DNA of 64,000 nt from Phormidium sp. (GTDB lineage Bacteria > Cyanobacteriota > Cyanobacteriia > Cyanobacteriales > Aerosakkonemataceae): NCBI GenBank assembly GCA_051013385.1, contig CP143273.1, positions 1,504,001-1,568,000 of the forward strand, read 5' to 3'. The notes under the pieces are model-generated. The model was not told where the DNA came from. It did not search any database and saw nothing but the letters and a program-made list of their open reading frames with translations. Positions 51,209 to 60,340 of the stretch are shown here, piece by piece. Made by a program: the position numbers and the translations under genes. The first letter of the stretch is position 1. Each line of letters starts with the position of its first letter.

Positions 51209-51591
51209 TGGGATAGGGGCTCTTTTGAGATCTTTTGGGCTTTTTTGGGCAAGAAAATTTCTTAACTCAAAAAACGAAGCTAAGAACTCTCTGACTCAAA
51301 TATCTACCAGTTGGGAAATTGTCCACTCTGCACGAGTAAATTTGAGGAGTGGAACAGGGGGAATAACCATGAGTGAAAATGCTTAAAATTCCCTCTGGGT
51401 AAGTAATCTAGCGATTTTTTATATTGGGGCTAGCACCTACTTTGGATGTCTAGTTTAACCCAGGAAATAAAAAGCTTGTGACAGTGACACATCACTTGCA
51501 CATGAATAAACCGTAGTTGTCTAAATTTTAAGTGTAGACACTTAAAAGAACAAATTTTTTGTAGTTAACTAATCCATCTGTCAGGTCAATT

Positions 51592-52821
51592 ATGAGAGTA
51601 GAATATATGAATTTACCAAATTCCAAAAGTTTAATAAACTCTGAAAATATAGATGTTGATTTCTCTGGTAATGAGTCTGCTTTAGATATTGATGTTCTGA
51701 CTTACCGGGCTTGGAATGAACTACAGTTGCAAATTAAAGCTGGTAGTTCGGGAAAATTTTCTCCGGCTTCTATGCAGGGGGTAGCGAGTCGAATTGCCAA
51801 AGAGGTAGACAGAATTTGTCAGCAAAGTTCCCGAATTCAAAATTCAGGAGAGGTTCGTTATTGGCAAATATCTTTAGTTAAACATCGGGTACAAAAATGT
51901 TTGTCTTATTATCATCTTGGTTCTCAACAAAGTCGGGTTGAGTTACACAGTACTTTGGGTGCTATTGTGTATCGTTATATTGCTCCGATGCGATCGCAAT
52001 TAGGCTTTCAAACTCGTTACAACATGATCGAAGATTTCCTGCAAAACTTTTATATGGAGTCGCTGAAAGTGTTTCGTAAAGAAGCTGAACTACCGGAAAA
52101 TTACACGCCGCGCCATTCCCTAGAAATTGCTGAGTATTTAGCATTTACCGAGCAATATGCCAGACGCAAAATTTTTGTCAAACCAGGTCTTTCTCAGCAA
52201 TTAATTGTGTTACGCGCCCAAACTTTTTCCCGTCGTCAACCAGCGGAAACATCAATAGATATTGAATTAGCTGCTGAGTCAACTAAGGGTGAAGACGCTG
52301 GCGCATCTATGCAAGAATCAGCATTACAACAAGTGCGGGCTTCTATGGTATCGGAAAGTAGCGATCGTTCGGAAGCGTTGTTGCGAGAAGATTTAATTAC
52401 TGAGATGATTCAATATTTGGAAGCGCAAGGACAGCCAGAATGCGTGAAATATCTGATTTTAAAATTGCAAGATTTGTCAGCGCCAGAAATTGACGAAATT
52501 CTCGGTTTGACTCCTCGGCAACGAGATTATTTACAACAACGCTTTAAGTATTATGTAGAAAAGTTTGCCAGGTCCGATCGCTGGCAGTTAGTTCATCAAT
52601 GGTTAGGTGCAGATCTCGATCAAAAGTTGGGGATGTCTTCTGTGCAATGGGAACTGTTCTGGCACAAACTGTCACCCCAACAGCAACAACTTCTGGAATT
52701 AAAGCGTAACCAACTTAACGACCAAGCGATCGCCACCGCCCTAAAATGCTCCCAAAAACAAGTCCAAAAACGCTGGACACAACTGCTAGAACTCGCTTGG
52801 CAAAATCGAAATAGGGAGTGA
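51592..52821 (+). CDS. HetZ-related protein (putative DNA-binding)
   Basis: RIAKEV.RIC..S.RIQ.SG, IEDFLQ.FY.E, LAFTEQYA.R, L.PRQRDYLQQRFKY, W.LVHQWLGA; C-terminal HTH-like segment. Confidence 0.75.
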   Translation: MRVEYMNLPNSKSLINSENIDVDFSGNESALDIDVLTYRAWNELQLQIKAGSSGKFSPASMQGVASRIAKEVDRICQQSSRIQNSGEVRYWQISLVKHRVQKCLSYYHLGSQQSRVELHSTLGAIVYRYIAPMRSQLGFQTRYNMIEDFLQNFYMESLKVFRKEAELPENYTPRHSLEIAEYLAFTEQYARRKIFVKPGLSQQLIVLRAQTFSRRQPAETSIDIELAAESTKGEDAGASMQESALQQVRASMVSESSDRSEALLREDLITEMIQYLEAQGQPECVKYLILKLQDLSAPEIDEILGLTPRQRDYLQQRFKYYVEKFARSDRWQLVHQWLGADLDQKLGMSSVQWELFWHKLSPQQQQLLELKRNQLNDQAIATALKCSQKQVQKRWTQLLELAWQNRNRE

Positions 52822-53010
52822 CTAGGGACTGGGGACTCTTGACTGGGGGACAAGGGGACAAGGGGACAAGGGGACTGGGAGACAAGGGGACAAGGAGAAT
52901 TAAATTTACCTTTCCCCTCTGCCCCTCTGCCCCCCTGCCCCCCTGCCCCCCTGCCCCCCTGCCCCCCTGCCCCCCTGCACCTCTGCCCCCCTGCCCCCCT
53001 GCCCCCCTGC
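52818..53010. repeat. Composite STRR (GGGGACT, GGGGACAA, CTGCCCCC)
   Basis: Tandem arrays read directly. Confidence 0.9.
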
Positions 53011-53094
53011 CTTCTGCTGGTAAATTTGCTAACTTAGTCTTAACAGTTAGTTACTTTTTTTAGCATTCAGCTTAGCGCTAACTGCCCTAGTTCT

Positions 53095-53817
53095 ATGACA
53101 GCAATTTGCAACCCTCTGGGAAACCAGTTTTTAGATTCAGCCCAACTACTAGCGGCGCAAGATGTGGTAGGACTCAAAGAAGTCTTCCAAAGCATCAATG
53201 CCGAGAGTTGTCCACTGCAATTTAACTTTCATCTCCACACCAAATGTTCTGATGGGAAATTGGCACCCTGGCATTTAGTGGAACAAGCGATCGCTATTGG
53301 TTTGAAAGGATTTGCTATCACAGATCATCACAGTGTTAACGGTTTCTATCAAGCTATCAATTGGCTAGAAGAATGGAAGCGTTCTTACCCGGAAACGTCA
53401 GTGCCTCGTCTGTGGACTGGAATAGAAATTACCGCAAATCTTCTGGGAACTGAAGTTCATATTCTAGGTTATGCGTTTAACCCGCAACATCCGTCAATGT
53501 TGACTTATTTGCTAGGCGTGAGTCCTATGGATGAAGAAGCTAAAGCAGCTAATGCGATCGCAGCTATTCATCAGGCTGGTGGTTTGGCAATACTGGCACA
53601 CCCAGCAAGATATCGTCTGGCTGCAACTGCTTTAATTCCTGAAGCTGCGAATTTGGGTATTGATGGAGTAGAGACTTATTATGCTTACAACAATCCTAAT
53701 CCTTGGCGTACCAGTCCCGAACAAACTAAACAGGTACAACAGTTAAGCGCCACATACAATTTGTTGAATACTTGTGGCACTGATACTCATGGACTTAATT
53801 TACTTTTGCGGCTCTAA
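53095..53817 (+). CDS. PHP domain metallophosphoesterase (TrpH/YciV-like)
   Basis: HLHTKCSDG, AITDHH, GIEIT, VHILGY, LAHP, GTDTHG. Confidence 0.92.
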   Translation: MTAICNPLGNQFLDSAQLLAAQDVVGLKEVFQSINAESCPLQFNFHLHTKCSDGKLAPWHLVEQAIAIGLKGFAITDHHSVNGFYQAINWLEEWKRSYPETSVPRLWTGIEITANLLGTEVHILGYAFNPQHPSMLTYLLGVSPMDEEAKAANAIAAIHQAGGLAILAHPARYRLAATALIPEAANLGIDGVETYYAYNNPNPWRTSPEQTKQVQQLSATYNLLNTCGTDTHGLNLLLRL

Positions 53818-54150
53818 AGGTGCAGGGGTGCAGGGGTGCAGGGGTGCAGTTTTGAGTTTTGAGTTTGTAGGGGCGGGTTTTGCCCAGATATTGTTTGTAA
53901 GGTACAAAGATTATGTACTAAACCCGCCCGTACAGAGTTTTGAGTTTTGAGTTTTGAGTTAAAGAGTCCCCTTGTCCCCTAGTCCCCCAGTCCCCTTGTC
54001 CCTTTGTCCCTTTGTCCCTTTGTCCCTTTGTCCCTTTGTCCCTTTGTCCCCTTGTCCCTTTGTCCCCTTGTCCCTTTGTCCCCTTGTCCCTTTGTCCCCT
54101 TGTCCCCTTGTCCCTAGTCCCCAGTCAAGAGTCCCTAGTCAAGAGTCCCA
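53818..54150. repeat. Composite STRR tract with an inserted 67-bp REP-like doublet (53867-53933)
   Basis: (GGGGTGCA)n, (TTTTGAG)n interrupted by GTAGGGGCGGGTTT...AAACCCGCCCGTAC, then (TTGTCCCY)n. Confidence 0.88.
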
Positions 54151-54163
54151 AAAAAACCCAACT

Positions 54164-54856
54164 TCACTTAGTTAAACCATGTTCTAAGGCATAGCGGACT
54201 AGTTCGGTGCGGCTGTTAGTGCCTGTCTTGCTGAATAAGCGACTAACGTATTTTTCGACGTTGCGAACGCTGGTTTCTAAACGACGGGCAATCTCTTTGT
54301 TCATCAGCCCTTGTGCCACTAAGTCTAGGACACTTTGTTCTCTGGGGGTCAAATCAATTTTAATGTGGGTGTCAGATTGCGCGATCGCAGGTCTTTGTTT
54401 TAATAATTGTTGAATTTCTGCCAATTGTCGGGCAATATCTTCAATATCTGTACCTTCTGTGCCTTTTTCGCCCGATGCTTTACGTCCTAACAGATTTTCT
54501 ACAATTGCTACTAACTCATCAGGGTCAAAGGGTTTAGAAAGATAGGCATCACAACCTGCTTGATATCCTTGAATGCGATCTTTCGTCATTCCCCTAGCTG
54601 TGAGAAATACCACTGGTAATGATTTGAAACGGGGATCTTCCCGCATTTGCTTGAGAAACTGATACCCGTCTACTTGAGGCATCATAACGTCTGTAATCAC
54701 CAAGTCAGGAGGATTACTTTGCAGTTTTTCCCAACCTTCACTAGCGTTACTAGCAACATTAACGTTGAACTCACTGTCTTCTAGATAAGCTTGAACTGCT
54801 TCGCGTAATCCTGGTTCATCATCGACAAGTAAAAGTTGACCTGGCATCTGTACCAC
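54164..54856 (-). CDS. ycf29: NarL/LuxR-family response regulator, Ycf29/Rre1-like
   Basis: LLLVDDEPGLR, DVMMP, FLTARG, LTPREQ.VL..VA.GLMNKEIA..L.TSVRNVEKYVSRL. Confidence 0.8.
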   Translation of the reverse strand: MVQMPGQLLLVDDEPGLREAVQAYLEDSEFNVNVASNASEGWEKLQSNPPDLVITDVMMPQVDGYQFLKQMREDPRFKSLPVVFLTARGMTKDRIQGYQAGCDAYLSKPFDPDELVAIVENLLGRKASGEKGTEGTDIEDIARQLAEIQQLLKQRPAIAQSDTHIKIDLTPREQSVLDLVAQGLMNKEIARRLETSVRNVEKYVSRLFSKTGTNSRTELVRYALEHGLTK

Positions 54857-54960
54857 CTTATCACATTGAGAATTATTTACTATATTTTAAATGTAACGAA
54901 ATTTATTTAGGGGAAAGAGCAAGGTTGTAATTTTCCCTTTTCTCAAGTTTTGCCAAAATT

Positions 54961-55911
54961 TTATTCCATTCTTTCAATCATTTTTGCTGTTTCGGGAAGT
55001 TGTGCTGACTGCTGTCCTGAAAATCTTGCACCTTTGCTTACTAAGCCTAAAGGAGTATTTAGTAAGTCTATAAAATTAGCTTTGCCGAAAATCGCTTTCA
55101 TACTGGTAATTGGGACTTCTTTTACTATCCATCTACCCAAAGTATAAATATATTCTTTTCGGGCTACATTTGCCATTAAATTAATGCCATAAAGTTCATG
55201 TAAATAGCGGTTTGATTTGCCGTATCTGCGCCATTGGCTTTGAAATTCTGTTAATGTTGACCGATGACGATGTTGCACGATCGCATTAGGCGCAAACTGA
55301 ATTTTCCACTCGGTTTCTCGTTGAATTCGCCAACAAATATCGGCATCTCCGCCAGTAGTTAAGTAGGGACGAAATAACCCTATTTTAGCAAATATTTCTT
55401 TTCTAATTGCTAAATTAGCGGTTTGTCCGTAAGGGCAAAATGAATGTTGTAAGGTATATTTTTGCGATAATACATCCTGCTTTTGGGCATATTTTTCTAA
55501 TATTGTTTTTCCAGGTAATCCGATAATTTCCCCGGCAACAATGCCAATATTGCTATCTTGAAATGGTATAATTAATTCAGTTAACCATTGGGGTTGAGGA
55601 CGACAATCAGCGTCGGTAAAGGCGATAATTTCACTCTTGGCGGCGCGAATACCTGCGTTGCGTGCGGCGTAGGAACTTTGAATTTTGGTTTCGGCTAAGT
55701 AGTGAATTTGGGGAAAGTTTTGGGCGGCGTTTTGGATGATGGTGGAAGTGCGATCGCTACTAGCATTATCGACTAAAAAATATTCTACTTGTTCAATGGG
55801 ATAACTTTGTAATTTTAAGCAATTAATTAAATCCGGCAAATCATTTTCCCCGTTATAAATTGGGACAACTACCGAAACTTTTGGTAATATAGCTTTCTCT
55901 TGGTCGCTCAT
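54961..55911 (-). CDS. GT2 family glycosyltransferase
   Basis: VSVVVPIYN, VDNASSD, AARNAG, FTDAD, GGDADICWR, QWRRY. Confidence 0.92.
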   Translation of the reverse strand: MSDQEKAILPKVSVVVPIYNGENDLPDLINCLKLQSYPIEQVEYFLVDNASSDRTSTIIQNAAQNFPQIHYLAETKIQSSYAARNAGIRAAKSEIIAFTDADCRPQPQWLTELIIPFQDSNIGIVAGEIIGLPGKTILEKYAQKQDVLSQKYTLQHSFCPYGQTANLAIRKEIFAKIGLFRPYLTTGGDADICWRIQRETEWKIQFAPNAIVQHRHRSTLTEFQSQWRRYGKSNRYLHELYGINLMANVARKEYIYTLGRWIVKEVPITSMKAIFGKANFIDLLNTPLGLVSKGARFSGQQSAQLPETAKMIERME

Positions 55912-55914
55912 TTT

Positions 55915-56063
55915 TGGGATTGGGGATTGGGGATTGGGGATTAGGGACTGGGAAATGGGTATATGAGGAGATAGGGAAAAAACTCAAAACTCAAAACTCA
56001 AAACTCAAAACTCAAAACTCAAAACTCTCTTCCCAGTCCCCAGTCCCCAGTCCCCAATCCCCA
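55915..56063. repeat. STRR arrays (GGGGATT)n, (AAAACTC)n, (CCCCAGT)n
   Basis: Read directly. Confidence 0.9.
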
Positions 56064-56071
56064 CTCACATA

Positions 56072-57184
56072 TTAACGAATCAACAAACAGAGGAGATATA
56101 AAATCCCATTGATAGTGTAAAAAGTGGCAACGACTTGCAGTTCTGTCCATCCAGAAAGTTCTAAATGGTGATGTAATGGTGCCATTTTAAACAGTCGTTT
56201 TCCTACTCCATCGGGTCCTTTTGTCGCTTTGTAATAACCGACTTGTGCCATTACGGAAAGGGTTTCGATAAAGAAGATGCCACTGAGGATAAATAAACTC
56301 CAGAGTGTGTTACTTAATAAGGCAACGGATGCTAAAGCGCCGCCTAATGCCAAAGAACCAGTATCACCCATGAATACTTTTGCTGGGTTACGATTATGGG
56401 CTAAAAATCCTAAACAGCTGCCACTTAAACAGGCGCAAAATATCATTAATCCGGGATGAGTTGGGGCGACTAAGGTGGCTAATCCTAAAAATGCGATCGC
56501 GCAAAGTCCACCTGCTAACCCATCTACACCATCAGTTAAATTTGTCGCGTTACTTTCTGCTACTAATACAAAAACTGCCAAAGGCCAAAACAATAAACCC
56601 AAAGGTAATGCTAAACCAAAAGGTAAATTGATCGTGGTAATATTTACTGGTTGCTGCCAAAGTAACCAGAGACAAAATAACAAGGCAAAACCAACTTGCA
56701 AAGCTAATTTCATTTTCGGGGAAATGCCTTTGTTGGATTTGCGGCGTAAAATTTGCCAATCATCTAACCAACCAATAAAACCATAACCGAGAGTTAAAAA
56801 AGCAACCGATGCTACTGTTGGAAAGTCTTTTATTCCTAAACTCAAAGCTGACCAAACTAGGGAGATAATCACACCGACGGGGATAAAAAATATTCCTCCC
56901 ATTGTGGGAGTGCCACCTTTTTTTAAATGACTTTGTGGGCCATCTTCCCGAATTACTTGTCCAGCTTTTAGCGAAGTCAATAGTGGTACTATCCAGTAGC
57001 CTAACCCAGCTGTTGCTATGGCGCAAACCCAAAACGGCAGTGTCAAGGTAACTCCGGGGTTGAAAAATCTACCTGTTTTCCCATCCAGAAAAATTGCAAC
57101 TACACTCAATACAATTGCTAGGATTACAGACAGATTCACCCCTGATAACTTGAGTGACCTGCTATCTAGTGATTTAGCATCCAC
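56072..57184 (-). CDS. mraY: Phospho-N-acetylmuramoyl-pentapeptide transferase
   Basis: GPQSH.KK.GTPTMGG, NATNLTDGVDGL, FMGDTGS, MAPLHHHLEL. Confidence 0.97.
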   Translation of the reverse strand: MDAKSLDSRSLKLSGVNLSVILAIVLSVVAIFLDGKTGRFFNPGVTLTLPFWVCAIATAGLGYWIVPLLTSLKAGQVIREDGPQSHLKKGGTPTMGGIFFIPVGVIISLVWSALSLGIKDFPTVASVAFLTLGYGFIGWLDDWQILRRKSNKGISPKMKLALQVGFALLFCLWLLWQQPVNITTINLPFGLALPLGLLFWPLAVFVLVAESNATNLTDGVDGLAGGLCAIAFLGLATLVAPTHPGLMIFCACLSGSCLGFLAHNRNPAKVFMGDTGSLALGGALASVALLSNTLWSLFILSGIFFIETLSVMAQVGYYKATKGPDGVGKRLFKMAPLHHHLELSGWTELQVVATFYTINGILYLLCLLIR

Positions 57185-57352
57185 GAAAATACTTCACTCC
57201 ACACTACAAATTGATTTTGGTCATTGGAAAGGGCAGAGGCAGGGGAGATGGGTTCGGTCAGAGGAGGTAGGGAGATGGGGATAATTAAATTTCACCTTTA
57301 CCCTTTACCCTTTACCCTTTAACCTTTAACCTTTCTTCTCCCTTGTTAAAGA

Positions 57353-57601
57353 TTAAATTTCTTCGTCTAATTCTCCGATCTCATCATCATCGAAGTCGTC
57401 GTCGTATCCTACATCATCAACACCTACCAGACCATCGATGTCTTCGGCTTCTTCGGAATAGTCTTGGGTGGAAACTTCATCTCTTGCTAAGAGACGACCT
57501 GTAGATTCTAACCAATCAAGAATGGAAGTTTCATGTTTGGTTGGGATTACAGCTGCGGGTTGATCTATTGGATCTTCGCGCAAGGAAGGATTATATATCA
57601 T
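57353..57601 (-). CDS. DUF3134 family protein
   Basis: NPSLRE.P..QPA.VI, SILDWLESTGRL, acidic tail; upstream of mraY. Confidence 0.8.
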   Translation of the reverse strand: MIYNPSLREDPIDQPAAVIPTKHETSILDWLESTGRLLARDEVSTQDYSEEAEDIDGLVGVDDVGYDDDFDDDEIGELDEEI

Positions 57602-57721
57602 AATGAGCGTTAAGCGTTGTGTTATTTCAATATCAGACAATAAGAGTTTAGCAATTATCGGCCTATTCGAGTCTATTTTTAAAAGTATGCTGGTGGTAAT
57701 TAGATCAAAAGAGGTGTAAAC

Positions 57722-58306
57722 ATGATTGGCAAGATGGAACTGCTAGAAGCGATCGCAGGTAAAAATCGTGGTTTACTAGCGAAGGAAACTGATAAGCTAG
57801 CAATCATGGCTTTAGTTGCCCAATTGGAAGACCGCAACCCCACTCCCAAACCAACGGAAGCTACAGATTTACTCGAAGGAAATTGGCGATTACTTTATAC
57901 TACCAGCCGGGAACTTTTAGGTATTGATAATCTACCCTTGTTTAACCTGGGGCAAATTTACCAATGTGTTCGCGCTAAAGATACTAAAATCTACAACATT
58001 GCCGAAGTTGCAGGCGTACCGTTTTTGGAAAGTATTATCAGTGTGACTGCGACTTTTATTCCGGTTTCTGAACGGCGAGTAAATGTCAGGTTCGATCGGG
58101 CGATCACTGGTTTACAACGGTTGTTCGATTATCAAAATCCAGATAATTTTATTCAGCAAATCGAATCGGGGAAAAAGTTTTTGGGAATTGATTTTGCTAT
58201 TACTAACCGCGAACAAAAAGGTTGGCTGGACATTACCTACTTAGATGATGATATGCGAATCGGCAGAGGTAATGAAGGCAGCGTGTTTGTGTTAACTAAA
58301 TCCTAA
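57722..58306 (+). CDS. PAP/fibrillin family protein
   Basis: LE.RNPTP, LEGNWRLLYTT, WLDITYLDDDMRIGRG. Confidence 0.9.
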   Translation: MIGKMELLEAIAGKNRGLLAKETDKLAIMALVAQLEDRNPTPKPTEATDLLEGNWRLLYTTSRELLGIDNLPLFNLGQIYQCVRAKDTKIYNIAEVAGVPFLESIISVTATFIPVSERRVNVRFDRAITGLQRLFDYQNPDNFIQQIESGKKFLGIDFAITNREQKGWLDITYLDDDMRIGRGNEGSVFVLTKS

Positions 58307-58316
58307 ACTTTGAAAT

Positions 58317-59132
58317 TTGGAATTGCTTATGCGCTTATCCCAAAGACACTTAAATATACTTTCAAGTTGTCCAAGAAAGTTTCAACATACTTTTTTGGAT
58401 CAGTTTGGTTCTGTGACTACTCCCGAACAGCAAGAAAAGCTGAGTTGGGGGAGTCATTTTCACTTGTTGATGCAACAGCGGGAATTAGGATTGCCGATCG
58501 AGTCTTTCTTGCAAGAAGATACTAAAATGCAGGATTCTGTAGTTGCTTTAGTGAGTGCAGCACCAGAAATTTTAACTCCTAATCCCAATAGTGGGAATTT
58601 CCGGGACAGCGAACATTTTCGCAGTTTCAATTTCCAAGGTTACTTGCTGACAGTGGCTTATGATTTGTTAATTGCATCTGAGAAAAAAGCTCAAATTTTA
58701 GATTGGAAAACTTATCCCGAACCGAAAAAACGACAATTTTTAGAACAAGATTGGCAAACTCGTTTATATATGTTTGTTTTGGCCCAAACGAGTGATTATA
58801 AACCAGAAGAAATCTCGATGACTTATTGGTTTGTCCAATCTAAACCGGAACCAAAAAGTTTAAAGTTTGCTTACAATACAGAGAAACATGAACAAACAAA
58901 ACAGGATTTAATCGGGTTATTTAATCAATTAAATTATTGGTTGGAAAGGTATAAAATGGGAGAAGAGTTTCCCCAAATTGCCGAAAATTCTAGGGATTGT
59001 AATTTTTGTCAGTTTGGCGTGAGATGTGAAAGGAGTTTAGAAAATCAAGAAGCGGCAATAAATCAAGAGAAAATTCTTAGTTGGGCTAATATTGAAGAAG
59101 TTCCGCTGGATTTTGTTGCTGTAGAGATGTAA
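58317..59132 (+). CDS. PD-(D/E)XK nuclease, AddB/Cas4-like
   Basis: SCPRKF, WGS.FH, YDLL...ILDWKT, Q..LY, CNFCQFGVRC; start may be ATG 58329. Confidence 0.85.
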   Translation: MELLMRLSQRHLNILSSCPRKFQHTFLDQFGSVTTPEQQEKLSWGSHFHLLMQQRELGLPIESFLQEDTKMQDSVVALVSAAPEILTPNPNSGNFRDSEHFRSFNFQGYLLTVAYDLLIASEKKAQILDWKTYPEPKKRQFLEQDWQTRLYMFVLAQTSDYKPEEISMTYWFVQSKPEPKSLKFAYNTEKHEQTKQDLIGLFNQLNYWLERYKMGEEFPQIAENSRDCNFCQFGVRCERSLENQEAAINQEKILSWANIEEVPLDFVAVEM

Positions 59133-59163
59133 GTTGACATTTGCAGGTTGGCTATTTAAACTA

Positions 59164-59688
59164 TTAAATCACAAAAGGCAGCCAGTCCTGTGTTAGTAGC
59201 GCATCAGTATAAGATTTTTTGCCTAAATTCTGTTTCGTTATCCACTCTTGAATGCTATATGGATGAGTGATTTTCGATCGCACTATCAGGTTCCAGATCT
59301 GAGAAACTAAATTGTCAAGGTCAATTGGTTTTAGTAAATATGCCTCAAAATCTGCCTTCAGATATTCGGTAACAGTCCTTGTGGGATAGGTTGAAGTAAT
59401 AAGAAGGGGAATAGAGATATTATTGGTTACTGCCATCTGCTGCAATTTTTGAATTAATAGATCAATACTCTCTCCCAGGAATACCATTTCAGTAATCAAA
59501 ACATCCGGGAGTAGCCAATCAAGAAACTTTAATGCTTCTTTAATTGAGCCAGTAGCTGTCACTTTTGCACCCAATTCTTCGAGTAAAAAAGTATACATAT
59601 TTCTGGTATCGAGATCGTTCTCCACAATTAGGATTTGCACATCTTTGAGGATCTCAAGTTTGGCAGAATTGCTTTTAATCATGTTCAT
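59164..59688 (-). CDS. Atypical single-domain response regulator
   Basis: Receiver fold ILIVEND...PDVLITE...YLLKP; AGGAGG RBS. Confidence 0.8.
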   Translation of the reverse strand: MNMIKSNSAKLEILKDVQILIVENDLDTRNMYTFLLEELGAKVTATGSIKEALKFLDWLLPDVLITEMVFLGESIDLLIQKLQQMAVTNNISIPLLITSTYPTRTVTEYLKADFEAYLLKPIDLDNLVSQIWNLIVRSKITHPYSIQEWITKQNLGKKSYTDALLTQDWLPFVI

Positions 59689-59938
59689 ATCGAGAACCTC
59701 CTTGAGAATATCGAGTGCAAAGTGAAACGGGTAAATTTAGCTGATCCAACGAACTGATCCCACCGGGCAAGTCAACAGATAGTACCAGAGGAATACAAAC
59801 CAAGGATAAGCGAGAAGTTAAACTATGACTAATATGACAAATGAATGTTTGATCTCTCGATTGATTTGATGAACTACGATACGAAATTTATTAGAGACTC
59901 AACTATTGATTCAGAGGCACTTGGGGCTAGAAACAGAG

Positions 59939-60054
59939 ATCTTGCACCATTCTCAACAAGACTTCAAAAACCGGGTTTCTTTACGAAAAATTTATGATTT
60001 CAGGTTTAGTTATTTGCAAGAAACCCGGTTTTTAGCCTTGGTGCAAGATCTGAG
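59939..60054. mobile_element. MITE with ATCTTGCACCA TIRs and 10-bp flanking duplication
   Basis: (AG)ATCTTGCACCA / TGGTGCAAGATCTGAG; AGAAACAGAG at 59929-59938 and 60055-60064; inner AAAAACCGGGTTTCTT / AAGAAACCCGGTTTTT. Confidence 0.8.
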
Positions 60055-60217
60055 AGAAACAGAGAATAGCAAATTTTTAAGGCTTCCTCGTTGCTCAATA
60101 ATGACAGGCTAGTGTTTGATTTCGTGATTGATTTGATTAAGTTCGCCAAAGATTCACGGAAACTTCTTTTTGTTAAGTAAGTGCAAATAAATAAAGTGAT
60201 AATAGTTATATTGATGG

Positions 60218-60330
60218 GGCGGGCAGGATGCCCACCCCACAAGAGATACAGCTTTCTTGTGGGGTGGGCATCCTGCCTGCCCACCCCACAAGAGATACAG
60301 CTTTCTTGTGGGGTGGGCATCCTGCCCGCC
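60218..60330. repeat. REP-like palindrome with a 49-bp tandem duplication
   Basis: TGCCCACCCCACAAGAGATACAGCTTTCTTGTGGGGTGGGCATCCTGCC twice (60229-60277, 60278-60326). Confidence 0.88.
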
Positions 60331-60340
60331 TTTTTTTTAC

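Noticed and set aside
60218..60330. Possible mini-CRISPR array next to TnpB (Cas12-like locus)
   Set aside because: Two identical abutting 49-bp palindromic units with no unique spacers; this is a duplicated REP-like hairpin
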